Shown: positions 38,373-48,141, counted from the first letter of the stretch. The stretch: DNA of 64,000 bases from Novosphingobium sp. (GCA_040004085.1 JBDUBN010000001.1:555-64554), one strand, 5' to 3'. The notes: a model not told the origin generated them from the letters alone. Translations and numbers: made by a program.

Positions 38373-39653
38373 ATGCGCCGTCTGATCCTGCCACTGGTCA
38401 CGTTATCCTGCCTTGCTGCGGCTTCCCCGGCTGCGGCGCAGGATCTCGCCGCCGCGATCACTGATGCTTTGGCGAACGCCCCCACGCTCGCCGAAGCAAA
38501 TGCGGGTGAGGCGGCGGCGAAGGCCCGGCTTGATCGCGCCCGGGCCGAAAGCAATCCACTGCTGCGGGTTGAAGGCTCATATGGGGCAGGGCGGATCGAT
38601 AACGGCGGGTTTTTTGGCATAGCGCCTGCCAACGTCAATCCGCTGGCAGTGCAGGCAGTGGCGGAAATGCCGATCTACGCGGGCGACCGGATTTCATCAG
38701 CAATCGATCAGGCTCGTGGCGGAGCAGAAATGGCGCGCTTTGGGGCTGAGCAGGCGCGCCTGCAAACCATCGTCCTTGCCGTCAGCACTTACACTGATGT
38801 CCTGACCTCGAGAAAGCTTGAGGCGCGCTATAGTCAACTCGTGAGCGACCTCGTCGAAACCGAGCGGCAAGCGGGGCTGCGGTTTCACGCTGGTGAGATC
38901 GCGAGTTCCGAACTGGCGCAAGCGCGGGCGCGCAAGGCAGAGGCCGACGCCGGTTTTGCACAAGCACAAGGGCGACGCGCTTCGGCCGAGGCCGCCTACC
39001 AGCGCTTGACCGGAAAGCCTGCGGGCGATCTGGCTCCGCTGCCTGATCTGCCGCCCATTCCACCCTCTCTCGACCAGGCGCTCGACATGGCGCGCACCTC
39101 CAACCCGGCCTTGCGTCAGGCAAAAGCAGGCGTTGATGTTGCGCGCGCCGGTGTCCGTTCGGCCAAGGCAGAAGGGATGCCCACCGTCGGTGCCTTTGCC
39201 GAAGCAGCCCATGTGCGCGACCAGTTCTTCCCCGGTTACAAGGCGGACTCGGTGGCCGTGGGCGTGCGCGGTCGCTGGACGCTGTTTGCGGGCGGGCGTG
39301 TCTCGTCGCAGATCCGTGCTGCCGACGCCGATCTCGATGGCAGTGAAGCCCGGTTGCGGCAGGCCGATCAGGCGCTTGAGGGCATGGTGATCGACGCGTG
39401 GCAGGGACTGGTAACCGCCCGCCGCATGACCGAAGCCTCACACTTACGTCGTGACGCTACGGTCGAAGCGCTGCGAGGCACGCGGCTTGAAGCCCAAGTT
39501 GGGGCCAAGCCGACGCTGGCAGTGCTGGATGCAGAGCGGGAAGCCATCGAGGGCGAAGCCGCGCTGCTACAAGCTGAAGGTATGCAAACCGTGGCCGCTT
39601 GGCGGCTGAATGCCCTTACCGGGAATATAGCGCCCGGGAATATTGCGCCATGA
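38373..39653 (+). CDS. TolC-family outer membrane efflux protein
   Basis: Signal peptide, two OEP repeats (ALANAPTL, SNPALRQA), GAKPTLAVLDAE. Confidence 0.9.
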   Translation: MRRLILPLVTLSCLAAASPAAAQDLAAAITDALANAPTLAEANAGEAAAKARLDRARAESNPLLRVEGSYGAGRIDNGGFFGIAPANVNPLAVQAVAEMPIYAGDRISSAIDQARGGAEMARFGAEQARLQTIVLAVSTYTDVLTSRKLEARYSQLVSDLVETERQAGLRFHAGEIASSELAQARARKAEADAGFAQAQGRRASAEAAYQRLTGKPAGDLAPLPDLPPIPPSLDQALDMARTSNPALRQAKAGVDVARAGVRSAKAEGMPTVGAFAEAAHVRDQFFPGYKADSVAVGVRGRWTLFAGGRVSSQIRAADADLDGSEARLRQADQALEGMVIDAWQGLVTARRMTEASHLRRDATVEALRGTRLEAQVGAKPTLAVLDAEREAIEGEAALLQAEGMQTVAAWRLNALTGNIAPGNIAP

Positions 39654-40573
39654 CCGATGCCCCTCTTTGGGTCGCACAACAACAGGTGACGGACGCGCGA
39701 GCATCGACGCGCGTCCCCACCATCCGTGCCTTTTTCGACGAGGCGACGTTCACCGCGACCCATGTGGTTCACGATCCTGCCACCAAGCGAGCGGCGATCA
39801 TCGACCCGGTGCTGGATTTTGATCAGGCCGCCGGGCGCACCAGTCATGCCTCGGCTGACGCCGTGATCGCCTATGTCCGCGAGCAGGGCCTGACAGTCGA
39901 CTGGCTGCTTGAGACTCACGCCCATGCCGATCACTTGTCGGATGCGCCCTATCTCCAGCAAGCGCTGGGCGGCACTCTGGTCATCGGGCGAGAGATCGTC
40001 ACCGTGCAGCGGGTCTTTGCAGGCGTGTTCAACGAACCTGCCAGCTTTGCCCGCGACGGCTCGCAGTTTGACCGCTTGATGAGCGACGGTGAGCAGTTCG
40101 CGCTGGGCGAGATCCCGGCCACGGCCTTGCACGTGCCCGGCCATACCCCGGCCTGCCTCGCCTATGTGATCGGTGACGCCGTGTTCGTTGGCGACACTCT
40201 GTTCATGCCCGATTACGGCACCGCCCGCGCTGACTTTCCCGGCGGCGACGCCCGGGAACTCTATCGCTCGATCCGCAGGCTGATGCAGTTGCCGGGTGAA
40301 ACCCGCGTGTTCCTGTGTCACGACTACAAAGCGCCGGACCGCGATGCCTTTGTCTGGGAAACCACAATCGGGGCCGAGCGAACCGGCAATGTCCATGTCC
40401 ATGATGGCGTCAGCGAAGACGCGTTCGCAATAATGCGCGAAGCCCGCGACAAGACGCTCGGCATGCCGCGCCTCATCCTGCCGTCGATCCAGATCAATAT
40501 CCGCGCGGGCCATCTGCCCGAACCGGAAGCCAATGGGGTCAGTTACCTCAAGCTTCCGATCAATCTGCTTTAG
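39650..40573 (+). CDS. Persulfide dioxygenase (ETHE1/Blh-like MBL fold)
   Basis: IIDPVLD, ETHAHADH, PGHTPAC, GDTLFMPDYGTARADFPGG, CHDY, YLKLPIN. Confidence 0.9.
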   Translation: MTDAPLWVAQQQVTDARASTRVPTIRAFFDEATFTATHVVHDPATKRAAIIDPVLDFDQAAGRTSHASADAVIAYVREQGLTVDWLLETHAHADHLSDAPYLQQALGGTLVIGREIVTVQRVFAGVFNEPASFARDGSQFDRLMSDGEQFALGEIPATALHVPGHTPACLAYVIGDAVFVGDTLFMPDYGTARADFPGGDARELYRSIRRLMQLPGETRVFLCHDYKAPDRDAFVWETTIGAERTGNVHVHDGVSEDAFAIMREARDKTLGMPRLILPSIQINIRAGHLPEPEANGVSYLKLPINLL

Positions 40574-40584
40574 GCTGCCCGGAA

Positions 40585-41373
40585 ATGGTGCTCAGCGAAC
40601 TCCAATACATCCTGGGTGCGCTAAGCGGCGTTCTGATCGGCTTCACCCTGGGTCTGGTCGGCGGCGGCGGATCGATTCTGGCGGTGCCGCTGATGGTCTA
40701 TGTCGTCGGGGTCAAAAGTCCGCATCTGGCAATCGGCACGAGCGCGCTGGCAGTCGCGGCCAATGCGCTGGCGGGCCTGTGGAACCATGCGCGGGAGCAG
40801 AACGTCAACTGGCGCTGCGGCGGCTCGTTTGCTCTGGCGGGCGTGATGGGCGCGCTGGGCGGTTCGACGCTGGGCAAGGCGTTTGACGGGCAAAAGCTGC
40901 TGTTCCTGTTCGCGCTGCTCATGTTGGTCGTTGCTTTTGCGATGTACCGTGGGCGCGGGCAAGAAGGCATCGAAGGGGTGCAGTGCGACCGCGACAACAT
41001 GCCCAAGGTCATCGTTTTTGGTGCCGGAACGGGGATGCTTTCTGGCTTCTTCGGGATTGGCGGCGGCTTTCTGATCGTCCCGGCGCTGGTCGCGTCGACC
41101 TCCATGCCGATCTACCGGGCCATCGGCACCTCGCTGATCGCGGTAGCCGCCTTCGGGCTGACCACTGCGGCAAATTACGCACTGTCCGGCCTGCTCGACT
41201 GGCCGCTGGCGGCAACCTTCATTGTCGGCGGCCTGCTTGGTTCGGTGCTGGGGGCGGCGGCGGCCCGCAAGCTTTCGGCGGGGAAGGGGCGGCTCAATAC
41301 CGTGTTCTCCGCGTTGATCGTCGTCGTCGCCGGATACATGCTCTATCGCAACTGGATGGCTTTCCAATCTTGA
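40585..41373 (+). CDS. TauE/SafE sulfite exporter family protein
   Basis: GLVGGGGSILAVP and SGFFGIGGGFLIVP repeats, AIGTS. Confidence 0.9.
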   Translation: MVLSELQYILGALSGVLIGFTLGLVGGGGSILAVPLMVYVVGVKSPHLAIGTSALAVAANALAGLWNHAREQNVNWRCGGSFALAGVMGALGGSTLGKAFDGQKLLFLFALLMLVVAFAMYRGRGQEGIEGVQCDRDNMPKVIVFGAGTGMLSGFFGIGGGFLIVPALVASTSMPIYRAIGTSLIAVAAFGLTTAANYALSGLLDWPLAATFIVGGLLGSVLGAAAARKLSAGKGRLNTVFSALIVVVAGYMLYRNWMAFQS

Positions 41374-41406
41374 GCGCTGGTGCCCGATAACCACAGGAGA
41401 AACGCA

Positions 41407-41757
41407 GTGCATAAAGATTGGCAGGCTATGGCCGGGGAACTCTCTGGTGCGATCAAGGAAGTTCGTCTGGGCAGCCCGGAAGTGACCAAGGCCTTTTCGG
41501 CGATGGCCAAGGCTGCGACCGAAGGGGGGGTGCTCGATACCAAGACCAAGGAACTGATTGCGCTGGCCATATCGGTCGCCATCCGCTGCGATGGCTGCGT
41601 CGCCTTCCACTCGCAGGCCGCCGTCAAGCAGGGCGCCACCCGCGAGGAGGTCATGGAGGTGATGGGCATGGCGCTCTACATGGGGGCCGGTCCCAGCCTG
41701 ATGTACGCGGCCCAAGCAGTTGAGGCATACGATCAGTTCGCTGCCGCTTCTGCATGA
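41407..41757 (+). CDS. Carboxymuconolactone decarboxylase / AhpD-like protein
   Basis: LDTKTKELIALAI...RCDGCVAFH, GATREE. Confidence 0.88.
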   Translation: MHKDWQAMAGELSGAIKEVRLGSPEVTKAFSAMAKAATEGGVLDTKTKELIALAISVAIRCDGCVAFHSQAAVKQGATREEVMEVMGMALYMGAGPSLMYAAQAVEAYDQFAAASA

Positions 41758-41778
41758 GTTGGTGCTGCCAATCCCAAT

Positions 41779-43713
41779 GTGGCGGCGCACTTAAGGCGTG
41801 CGGGCATGCCTAGGCGCGGACTGGGGTCTGCGCGGGAGCTTGGCGCACTGGGCGTGGTATTTGGTGATATCGGCACTTCGCCGCTCTACGCCGTGGGCTT
41901 GCTGTTCGCCCACCAACTGGCAGCACCGACGCAGGAAGAGGTTTTGGGCGGCATATCGCTGATCCTCTGGACGCTCACCCTGATTGTCGCGCTCAAGTAC
42001 GCCTTGCTGGTGCTGCGCGCCGACAATGACGGCGAAGGCGGCGTTTTCGCTCTTTATGGATTGCTGGACCGGTTCAACCGGAAGGGCCGCGCGCCACTTG
42101 CCTGGGCCTTACTGCTTGGGGCGGGGCTGTTGTTTGGCGATGGAATCATCACGCCCGCGATCAGCGTCCTGTCGGCGGTCGAAGGGCTTTCGGTCGCTGC
42201 TCCGCGCCTGTCCGGTTTCGTCATTCCGGTAACGCTGGCGCTGCTGACCGGCCTGTTCTGGATTCAGCATCGGGGCACCAGAGCGGTGGGGCATGTCTTT
42301 GGCCCGGTGATGCTGATCTGGTTCAGCGCTCTGGCTGTAATGGGAACAGTGCAGATTGCTCAGCATCCGGAAATTCTGTCTGCACTCTCACCCGTTCACG
42401 CCGTGCATCTGCTCACGCACGGCGATCTCAGTTCCAACCTTCTTGTGCTTGGCGCGGTAATCCTTGTCGTCACCGGCGGCGAGGCGATGTATGCCGATAT
42501 GGGCCATTTTGGCGCGGTGCCGATCCGTCACGCATGGTTTGCAGTGACATTCCCCGCGTTGATCCTCAGCTATCTTGGCCAGGGAGCATACCTGCTGGCC
42601 ATGCCTGCCCACGCTGGGCCAGGACTGCTGTTCCACCTCGTCCCGAGTGGCCTGTTGTTGCCGTTCATCGTCTTGGCAACGATGGCGACGATCATCGCCT
42701 CGCAGGCACTCATTTCGGGGACGTTTTCGCTCATCTCCCAGGCCATCGCTTTGGGCTTCTTCCCCCAGCTCCTCATCCGGCATACCCACCATGGGCAGGC
42801 TGGTGAGGTCTATATCCCCTTCATCAACTGGTTGCTGTTTATCGGCTGTGCGGGGCTGATCGTCGGCTTTGGTTCGAGTTCGGCGTTGGGTTCCGCTTAT
42901 GGCTTTGCCGTTTCGGGCAACATGCTGACGACCTCGGTCGCCATGTATTTCGTGGCCCGAAAGCTCTGGACCTGGAATGCCCTGCGCGCGGCAATTGTCT
43001 TTGTGCCTCTGGTATTGATCGACGGCAGCTTCGTCGCTGCCAATTCCGCGAAATTTCTTGAAGGAGGCTATGTCCCGCTTGCGGTCGCACTGGTGATGTT
43101 CGGCATGATGCTCGTCTGGCACTGGGGGCGAGCCAAAACCCTATGGGCTTATCTGTCCCGCCGCTCCATGCTGATGTCCGAGGTGCTCCAGCTCCATCGG
43201 ACGTCCGACAGGTTCATCGAGCAAACGGCCGTACTGATGATTCCGGCCCACAATTGCGCCAAACGAACCCGGCGGGCACCTGCGTTATTGCAACTTCTCT
43301 GGGAGAGAAACCGGGCTCTCCCCCGCAACATAATCTTCGTCCACGTCGCGCAGCCCAAAATGCCGTTCATCCACGATGACCGTTTTGATACCACGATCCT
43401 CGAGGAAAATTCCAACGGGCGCATCGTCCGGGTCGAGATGCAATTTGGATTTATGGAAATCCCCGATGTCGAGGATGGCCTGAAACACCTCGCCGAGAAG
43501 GCGGAAATCAGCCTGGAAGCCGATCATCGCAAATGGAATGTCCATGTCGTGCGTGAGCACCTGGCACCCGCACGCAGCATGAGCGCCCTTCGCGTCGTCC
43601 GGTTCCGTGCTTACGAGTTGCTGCGACTGATCTCACAACCGACCTATTACCACTACGGCCTGGGCTACGATGTGCCGTTGTCGGTCGAGATATTGCCGGT
43701 TCACTTTTCCTAA
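41779..43713 (+). CDS. kup: KUP/HAK/KT potassium transporter
   Basis: LGVVFGDIGTSPLY, ADNDGEGG, GDGIITPAISVLSAVEG, GEAMYADMGHF, AYGFAV; start codon uncertain. Confidence 0.93.
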   Translation: MAAHLRRAGMPRRGLGSARELGALGVVFGDIGTSPLYAVGLLFAHQLAAPTQEEVLGGISLILWTLTLIVALKYALLVLRADNDGEGGVFALYGLLDRFNRKGRAPLAWALLLGAGLLFGDGIITPAISVLSAVEGLSVAAPRLSGFVIPVTLALLTGLFWIQHRGTRAVGHVFGPVMLIWFSALAVMGTVQIAQHPEILSALSPVHAVHLLTHGDLSSNLLVLGAVILVVTGGEAMYADMGHFGAVPIRHAWFAVTFPALILSYLGQGAYLLAMPAHAGPGLLFHLVPSGLLLPFIVLATMATIIASQALISGTFSLISQAIALGFFPQLLIRHTHHGQAGEVYIPFINWLLFIGCAGLIVGFGSSSALGSAYGFAVSGNMLTTSVAMYFVARKLWTWNALRAAIVFVPLVLIDGSFVAANSAKFLEGGYVPLAVALVMFGMMLVWHWGRAKTLWAYLSRRSMLMSEVLQLHRTSDRFIEQTAVLMIPAHNCAKRTRRAPALLQLLWERNRALPRNIIFVHVAQPKMPFIHDDRFDTTILEENSNGRIVRVEMQFGFMEIPDVEDGLKHLAEKAEISLEADHRKWNVHVVREHLAPARSMSALRVVRFRAYELLRLISQPTYYHYGLGYDVPLSVEILPVHFS

Positions 43714-43803
43714 ATCGCGGCAGTCGAGAGTCTGCCAAGGCGCATCGTGATCTTCATCAACACGGTCCATTCGGCCTTCACGCTCATGGTCCACGAACAA
43801 GTC

Positions 43804-43839
43804 TTGCAGATCTCACTTCATTTGCATAAAATCATAAAT
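43804..43839 (+). promoter_or_regulatory. prx-arsR promoter with ATTT-N12-AAAT operator
   Basis: TTGCAG-N17-TAAAAT; ATTTGCATAAAATCATAAAT at 43820-43839. Confidence 0.5.
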
Positions 43840-43875
43840 TGACTTTTCAAATAGGAGGTCAAGACGGAGCGGGAT

Positions 43876-44514
43876 ATGAACGAGGCACAGCTGGCGGTCG
43901 TCCGCATTGGGGAGCAAGCGCCGGATTTCACCGCGCGCTCGACCGAAGGCATGGTGCAATTGAGTCAGTTTCGTGGCCGCTGGCTCGTGTTCTTCTCGCA
44001 CCCGGCCGATTTCACCCCGGTCTGTACCAGCGAATTCGTGGCGATTGCGCGAGCTGCGGAGCAGTTCGCCGCGCTCGATTGTGCTTTGCTTGGCCATTCG
44101 GTGGACAGCCTGTTTTCCCATCTCGCGTGGGTTCGCATGCTCCACGATGATTTCGACGTGACTGTTCCGTTTCCGATTGTCGAGGACCCCACGCTTGAGG
44201 TGGCGCGTGCCTTTGGGATGGTGTCGGCCGATGCCGATACGGCAGCTTCGGTTCGCGCGCTTTATGTCATCGACCCCGAAGGAATTGTTCGCGCGATCAC
44301 CTGGTATCCGATCAATGTCGGCCGATCGGTTGCAGAAATCCTTCGTCTGGTAGCGGCGCTCAAGCGCACCGCTGATGGGACGGTGATTACGCCCGAGGGC
44401 TGGCAACCGGGTGATCCGGTGCTGGCCCAGCCCGATTTTCTGGCCGCCGATGCAATCGCCTCCAAGACCCCGACGGGCTGGTTCTACAAGGAAATACCGG
44501 AGACAGGATCATGA
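43876..44514 (+). CDS. Peroxiredoxin (Prx6/1-Cys-like)
   Basis: FSHPADFTPVCTSE, YPINVGRS, TPEGWQPGD. Confidence 0.92.
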   Translation: MNEAQLAVVRIGEQAPDFTARSTEGMVQLSQFRGRWLVFFSHPADFTPVCTSEFVAIARAAEQFAALDCALLGHSVDSLFSHLAWVRMLHDDFDVTVPFPIVEDPTLEVARAFGMVSADADTAASVRALYVIDPEGIVRAITWYPINVGRSVAEILRLVAALKRTADGTVITPEGWQPGDPVLAQPDFLAADAIASKTPTGWFYKEIPETGS

Positions 44515-44885
44515 CGCCTCCAGCAAACGAAACTGATGACATTACAGAACTGTTCCGGACGCTGGGCCAACCGCTGCGCATGGGTATCCTGCTGGCGCTC
44601 GTCGCTGGCGAACGCGGGGTGGGCGAGCTCGCCCAGCAGTCTGGCATCGCCCAGCCAGCGCTGAGCCAGCAGCTCGCTCTCTTGCGCAAGGCCGAATTGG
44701 TCGTGACTCGCCGCGAAGCCAAGCAGGTGTTCTATTCGCTCAATCCGGTAACCTTGCAGATTGTTCGCGGCGTTCTGGATGAGCTGTGCAGCGCGGCTGC
44801 CGAGAAGCACACGGCCGTGCCGACATCAGCTTCGCACGGTCCAGTTGGTGCCGCCATGTTCGCCCGGGTGCAAGCCAGAAGCTGA
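44511..44885 (+). CDS. Second ArsR/SmtB-family regulator
   Basis: QPALSQQLALLR, RREAKQVFYSL; single Cys (C93); tail GAAMFARV. Confidence 0.88.
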   Translation: MTPPANETDDITELFRTLGQPLRMGILLALVAGERGVGELAQQSGIAQPALSQQLALLRKAELVVTRREAKQVFYSLNPVTLQIVRGVLDELCSAAAEKHTAVPTSASHGPVGAAMFARVQARS

Positions 44886-44889
44886 TTGT

Positions 44890-46476
44890 TTACAGAGCAA
44901 CCACCGCATCCGCCAGCCAATCGAGGCCGGGGCGGTGGTTCACCAGAACCAGCCCGGTCTGGCTGTCACGCAGCCACGCATCAAGCTTGATCGCGAGTTG
45001 CTGCTCGGTCTCGAGATCAAGACCCTCGCTCGGTTCGTCAAGGACCAGCCAGGGCTTCGCGGAAAGCAGCGCCCGCGCCAGCGACAGCCGCTTGCGCTGC
45101 CCGCCCGAAAGCCGCGCCCCATCGGTGCCGAGCCAGGTTTCCAGTCCATCGGGCATGGCGTGCACGGTATCGGCAAGGCAGGCGACTTCCAGCGCCGCCC
45201 ACATCGCCGCTTCGGTCAGGCCGGGTTTGCCAAGCCTCAGGTTGTCGCCCAACGTTCCGGCAATCAGCGGCGCGTCCTGGCCCGAATAGGCGAACAGTTC
45301 GCGCAAGGTTTCCAGTCCAAGCGTTTTGGCCTCGGTTCCAGCAATCAGGATGCTCTGCGGCGCATCGCGGCGCAGTCCGACGAGGCTCATCACAAGCCGG
45401 GTCTTGCCGCTGCCCGATGGGCCAGTGACCCGGACCCGTCCTCCAGCGGCGATTGTCATGGCTTGCCCAGCGCCTTGCAGCGTTAGCGCGGGCGTAGTGT
45501 CGCCGGGGGCGCATTGCGTCACTGCCCGGGGCGGCAGGGTTGCAATCTCTGACAGGCGCGCCAGTGCGGCCTTGACTCGCGAACGCTGCCACAGCGAGTG
45601 CGTCAGCCCGCTCAGGGCCTCGAACGCCCCGGCTGCGGCCAGTGCTGCCAATGCCTGCTCCGGGAGCGATGCCCGCGTGACGGCGAGCATTCCCGCGATG
45701 GTCAGCGAGGCCAGCGCAAGCTGCACACCCTGGAGCAGGCCTTCGCCCCGGACCACGGCCAGGCGGGCGCGATCAAGGCGCAAGCCTTCGGTTTCGAGAA
45801 TTGCACTGACCCGGCCGACCTCGCCGTAAAGCGCCAGTTCGACGCTGCAGCTGGCATATTCGATATAAAGCGCCTTCAGCGATTGCAGGGCCTCGCCGTG
45901 ATCCTGATAGGGCCGGGAAAGCAGGCGCGGGGCGAGCCAGCGGACCACCAGCAGCGTCGCGGCAAGGCCCAGAGCGAGCAGCACGGCAGCGCCAGTGCCC
46001 GCAAGCAGCGCCGCGCCTAGCCCGGCGAGCGCTCCCGCCATGGCCGCCAACGTCGCAATCTGGCGAATGGCGAGGTCCTCGAGGGCCTCGACGTCCGAAC
46101 CCAGATGCGCGGCAACTTCGCCGCTGGCGCGTCCGGTAATCGCGCCGATCTCCGCGCCCGCCAGACGCGCAAACAGTCGGGGGCGCAGATCCGCCAGCGA
46201 CAACAAGGCGGCCTGGTGACCCCACAATCGCTCGGCATAGCGCGACAGCGTTCGCCCGATCGCCAGCCCGCGAATGCTGGCGCTGGGCAGAAGATAGTTG
46301 AAGGCCTGCGCAGCGACGATGCCGCCAGCCCCGGCCAGCGCAGCCCCGGTCAGGAACCATCCCGAGATCGCGACGAGCGCCAACCCGGCAATAGCTGCCA
46401 CGACCGCGGCAAAGCTGGCGGCCAGACGGGTGCGGCGCTGGGCTCGGCCTGCAATGGCGAGAAGGTCTTGTGTCAC
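44890..46476 (-). CDS. cydC: CydC-like ABC transporter subunit
   Basis: SGWFL, RTLSRYAERLWGH, GPSGSGKT, LSGGQRKR, LDEPSEGLD. Confidence 0.88.
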   Translation of the reverse strand: MTQDLLAIAGRAQRRTRLAASFAAVVAAIAGLALVAISGWFLTGAALAGAGGIVAAQAFNYLLPSASIRGLAIGRTLSRYAERLWGHQAALLSLADLRPRLFARLAGAEIGAITGRASGEVAAHLGSDVEALEDLAIRQIATLAAMAGALAGLGAALLAGTGAAVLLALGLAATLLVVRWLAPRLLSRPYQDHGEALQSLKALYIEYASCSVELALYGEVGRVSAILETEGLRLDRARLAVVRGEGLLQGVQLALASLTIAGMLAVTRASLPEQALAALAAAGAFEALSGLTHSLWQRSRVKAALARLSEIATLPPRAVTQCAPGDTTPALTLQGAGQAMTIAAGGRVRVTGPSGSGKTRLVMSLVGLRRDAPQSILIAGTEAKTLGLETLRELFAYSGQDAPLIAGTLGDNLRLGKPGLTEAAMWAALEVACLADTVHAMPDGLETWLGTDGARLSGGQRKRLSLARALLSAKPWLVLDEPSEGLDLETEQQLAIKLDAWLRDSQTGLVLVNHRPGLDWLADAVVAL

Positions 46477-48089
46477 GAGAAGGTCAATTCGCTGGCAGCC
46501 ATGTCGATAACGAGCGGGTCATGGGTGGCGACGAGGACAAGCCGGGTTCGGGCGACCTCGGCCAGCGCTGCCGCGACACGGTGAGCCGTGGGTCCGTCCA
46601 GATCTGCCGTCGGTTCGTCGAGCAGGAGAATGGGCCGGCGTGACAGGATCGCACGCGCAAGGCCGATGCGCCGCCGCTCGCCTCCCGAAAGTCCCGATCC
46701 GGCCGGGTCGATCACCAGATCCTCGCCGCGTGACGCCAGCATTGCGTCAAGGCCAAGGCAAGCCGCAAGCTCCCGCCAGTCCGCACCCGGAACCTCATTT
46801 CCGGCGAGCAGAATATTGTCCTGTAATGACCCTGGCAGCAGGAAAGGCCGCTGGCCGCTCCAGCCAATCTGTGCATTGAGGCTGCCTGGCGTAGCGATCT
46901 CGCCCCCTGCCACTATCCGGCCCTCCGCGACAGGTGCCATACCCACCAGCGCATGGAGCAGCGACGATTTACCGGCCCCGGTTGGCCCGGTGATGACGTG
47001 CAGTCCGGTTGCAGGCCAGACCGCGCTCACCGGGCCGATCCGGCTGCCGTCCTCGTAGCGGATAACCAGCCCTTCGATGGCAAGCGGGCCTGCCTTGGCG
47101 CTCGTCTCGCCCATCGCATCCAGCAGAGCTTCGGCGGTCTCTAGCTCGGGGGCGATGGCACGCGCCGCAGCCTCGCCCTGCTGCTTTTCGTGATAGGCAG
47201 CCGCCATCCGGCGCATCCCAAGATAGAATTCCGGGGCCATCGCCAGCACGAAGAATGCGCGGGTGAGATCGAGCCGCTCGGGAGCCGGAAAGGGCAGCAG
47301 ACCCAGCAACGAGAACCCGCAATAGACCGCAATCAACGCGACCGACAGCGCCGCAAAGAACTCCAGTACCGCGCTGGAAACGAACGCTATGCGCAGCACG
47401 GCCAGCGTCCGATCGGCCACTTCGCGCGCCGCGCTGCCGATCTGGCGGGTGACGCGCTCTTCAGCGGCAAAGCTCAGGATCGTGGGAAGCGCGCGGGCGC
47501 GGTCGACGAACAGGCCGATCATGCGTGACAGAGCGAGAAACTGGCGGTCGGCTTCGATGCGCGCCGCATTTCCGGCAAGTATCATGCCGAGCGTAAACGG
47601 CACCAGCGTCATCAGCATGATCAACGCCGCTACCCAACTCGCCAGCGCGGACAGCGCGGCGCAGATCAGCGGAGCAATGACGACCGCCGATTTGATCGGG
47701 GCGAACCGTCCGACGTAACCTTCCGCAACCTCGACATCGTCGATTGCCGTTCGCATATCTTCGCCGGGCAAGCGGCCTCGGCGAAAGCCGGTCGGCAGGA
47801 GCGCGGCAAACAGCCGTTTGCGCAGGCCCTGTTTTACTTCGTTGGCAGCGCGTTGCCCTTGGCGCGATGCATTGGCCTGTGTCACTGCGCGCACTAATCC
47901 GCTGATGGCCAGCACAACCAGCAACCAGGGGGATGAAGGCAGCGCCTTGGTGGCAACCCCGGCACCCAGCCAAGCAGCCAGACTCGAGGCGAAGAGGGCG
48001 GCACCCAGTGTATCGGCGCTCCACCACAGCGCGGCCTTGCGCACTTCAGGCGACTTCGTAGTGAAAAAAGTGGAAGCTACGACAGGCAT
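46473..48089 (-). CDS. cydD: CydD-like ABC transporter subunit
   Basis: VLRIAFVSSAVLEFF, APEFY, GPTGAGKS, LSGGERRR, LDEPTADLD. Confidence 0.88.
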   Translation of the reverse strand: MPVVASTFFTTKSPEVRKAALWWSADTLGAALFASSLAAWLGAGVATKALPSSPWLLVVLAISGLVRAVTQANASRQGQRAANEVKQGLRKRLFAALLPTGFRRGRLPGEDMRTAIDDVEVAEGYVGRFAPIKSAVVIAPLICAALSALASWVAALIMLMTLVPFTLGMILAGNAARIEADRQFLALSRMIGLFVDRARALPTILSFAAEERVTRQIGSAAREVADRTLAVLRIAFVSSAVLEFFAALSVALIAVYCGFSLLGLLPFPAPERLDLTRAFFVLAMAPEFYLGMRRMAAAYHEKQQGEAAARAIAPELETAEALLDAMGETSAKAGPLAIEGLVIRYEDGSRIGPVSAVWPATGLHVITGPTGAGKSSLLHALVGMAPVAEGRIVAGGEIATPGSLNAQIGWSGQRPFLLPGSLQDNILLAGNEVPGADWRELAACLGLDAMLASRGEDLVIDPAGSGLSGGERRRIGLARAILSRRPILLLDEPTADLDGPTAHRVAAALAEVARTRLVLVATHDPLVIDMAASELTFS

Positions 48090-48107
48090 GAATTCCGACT
48101 CGATGGC

Positions 48108-48141
48108 TTGACTGCCCCTCCATATTACCATAATCTTATAT
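48108..48141 (+). promoter_or_regulatory. cydA promoter with ATAT-N12-ATAT operator
   Basis: TTGACT-N17-TAATCT; ATATTACCATAATCTTATAT at 48122-48141. Confidence 0.55.
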
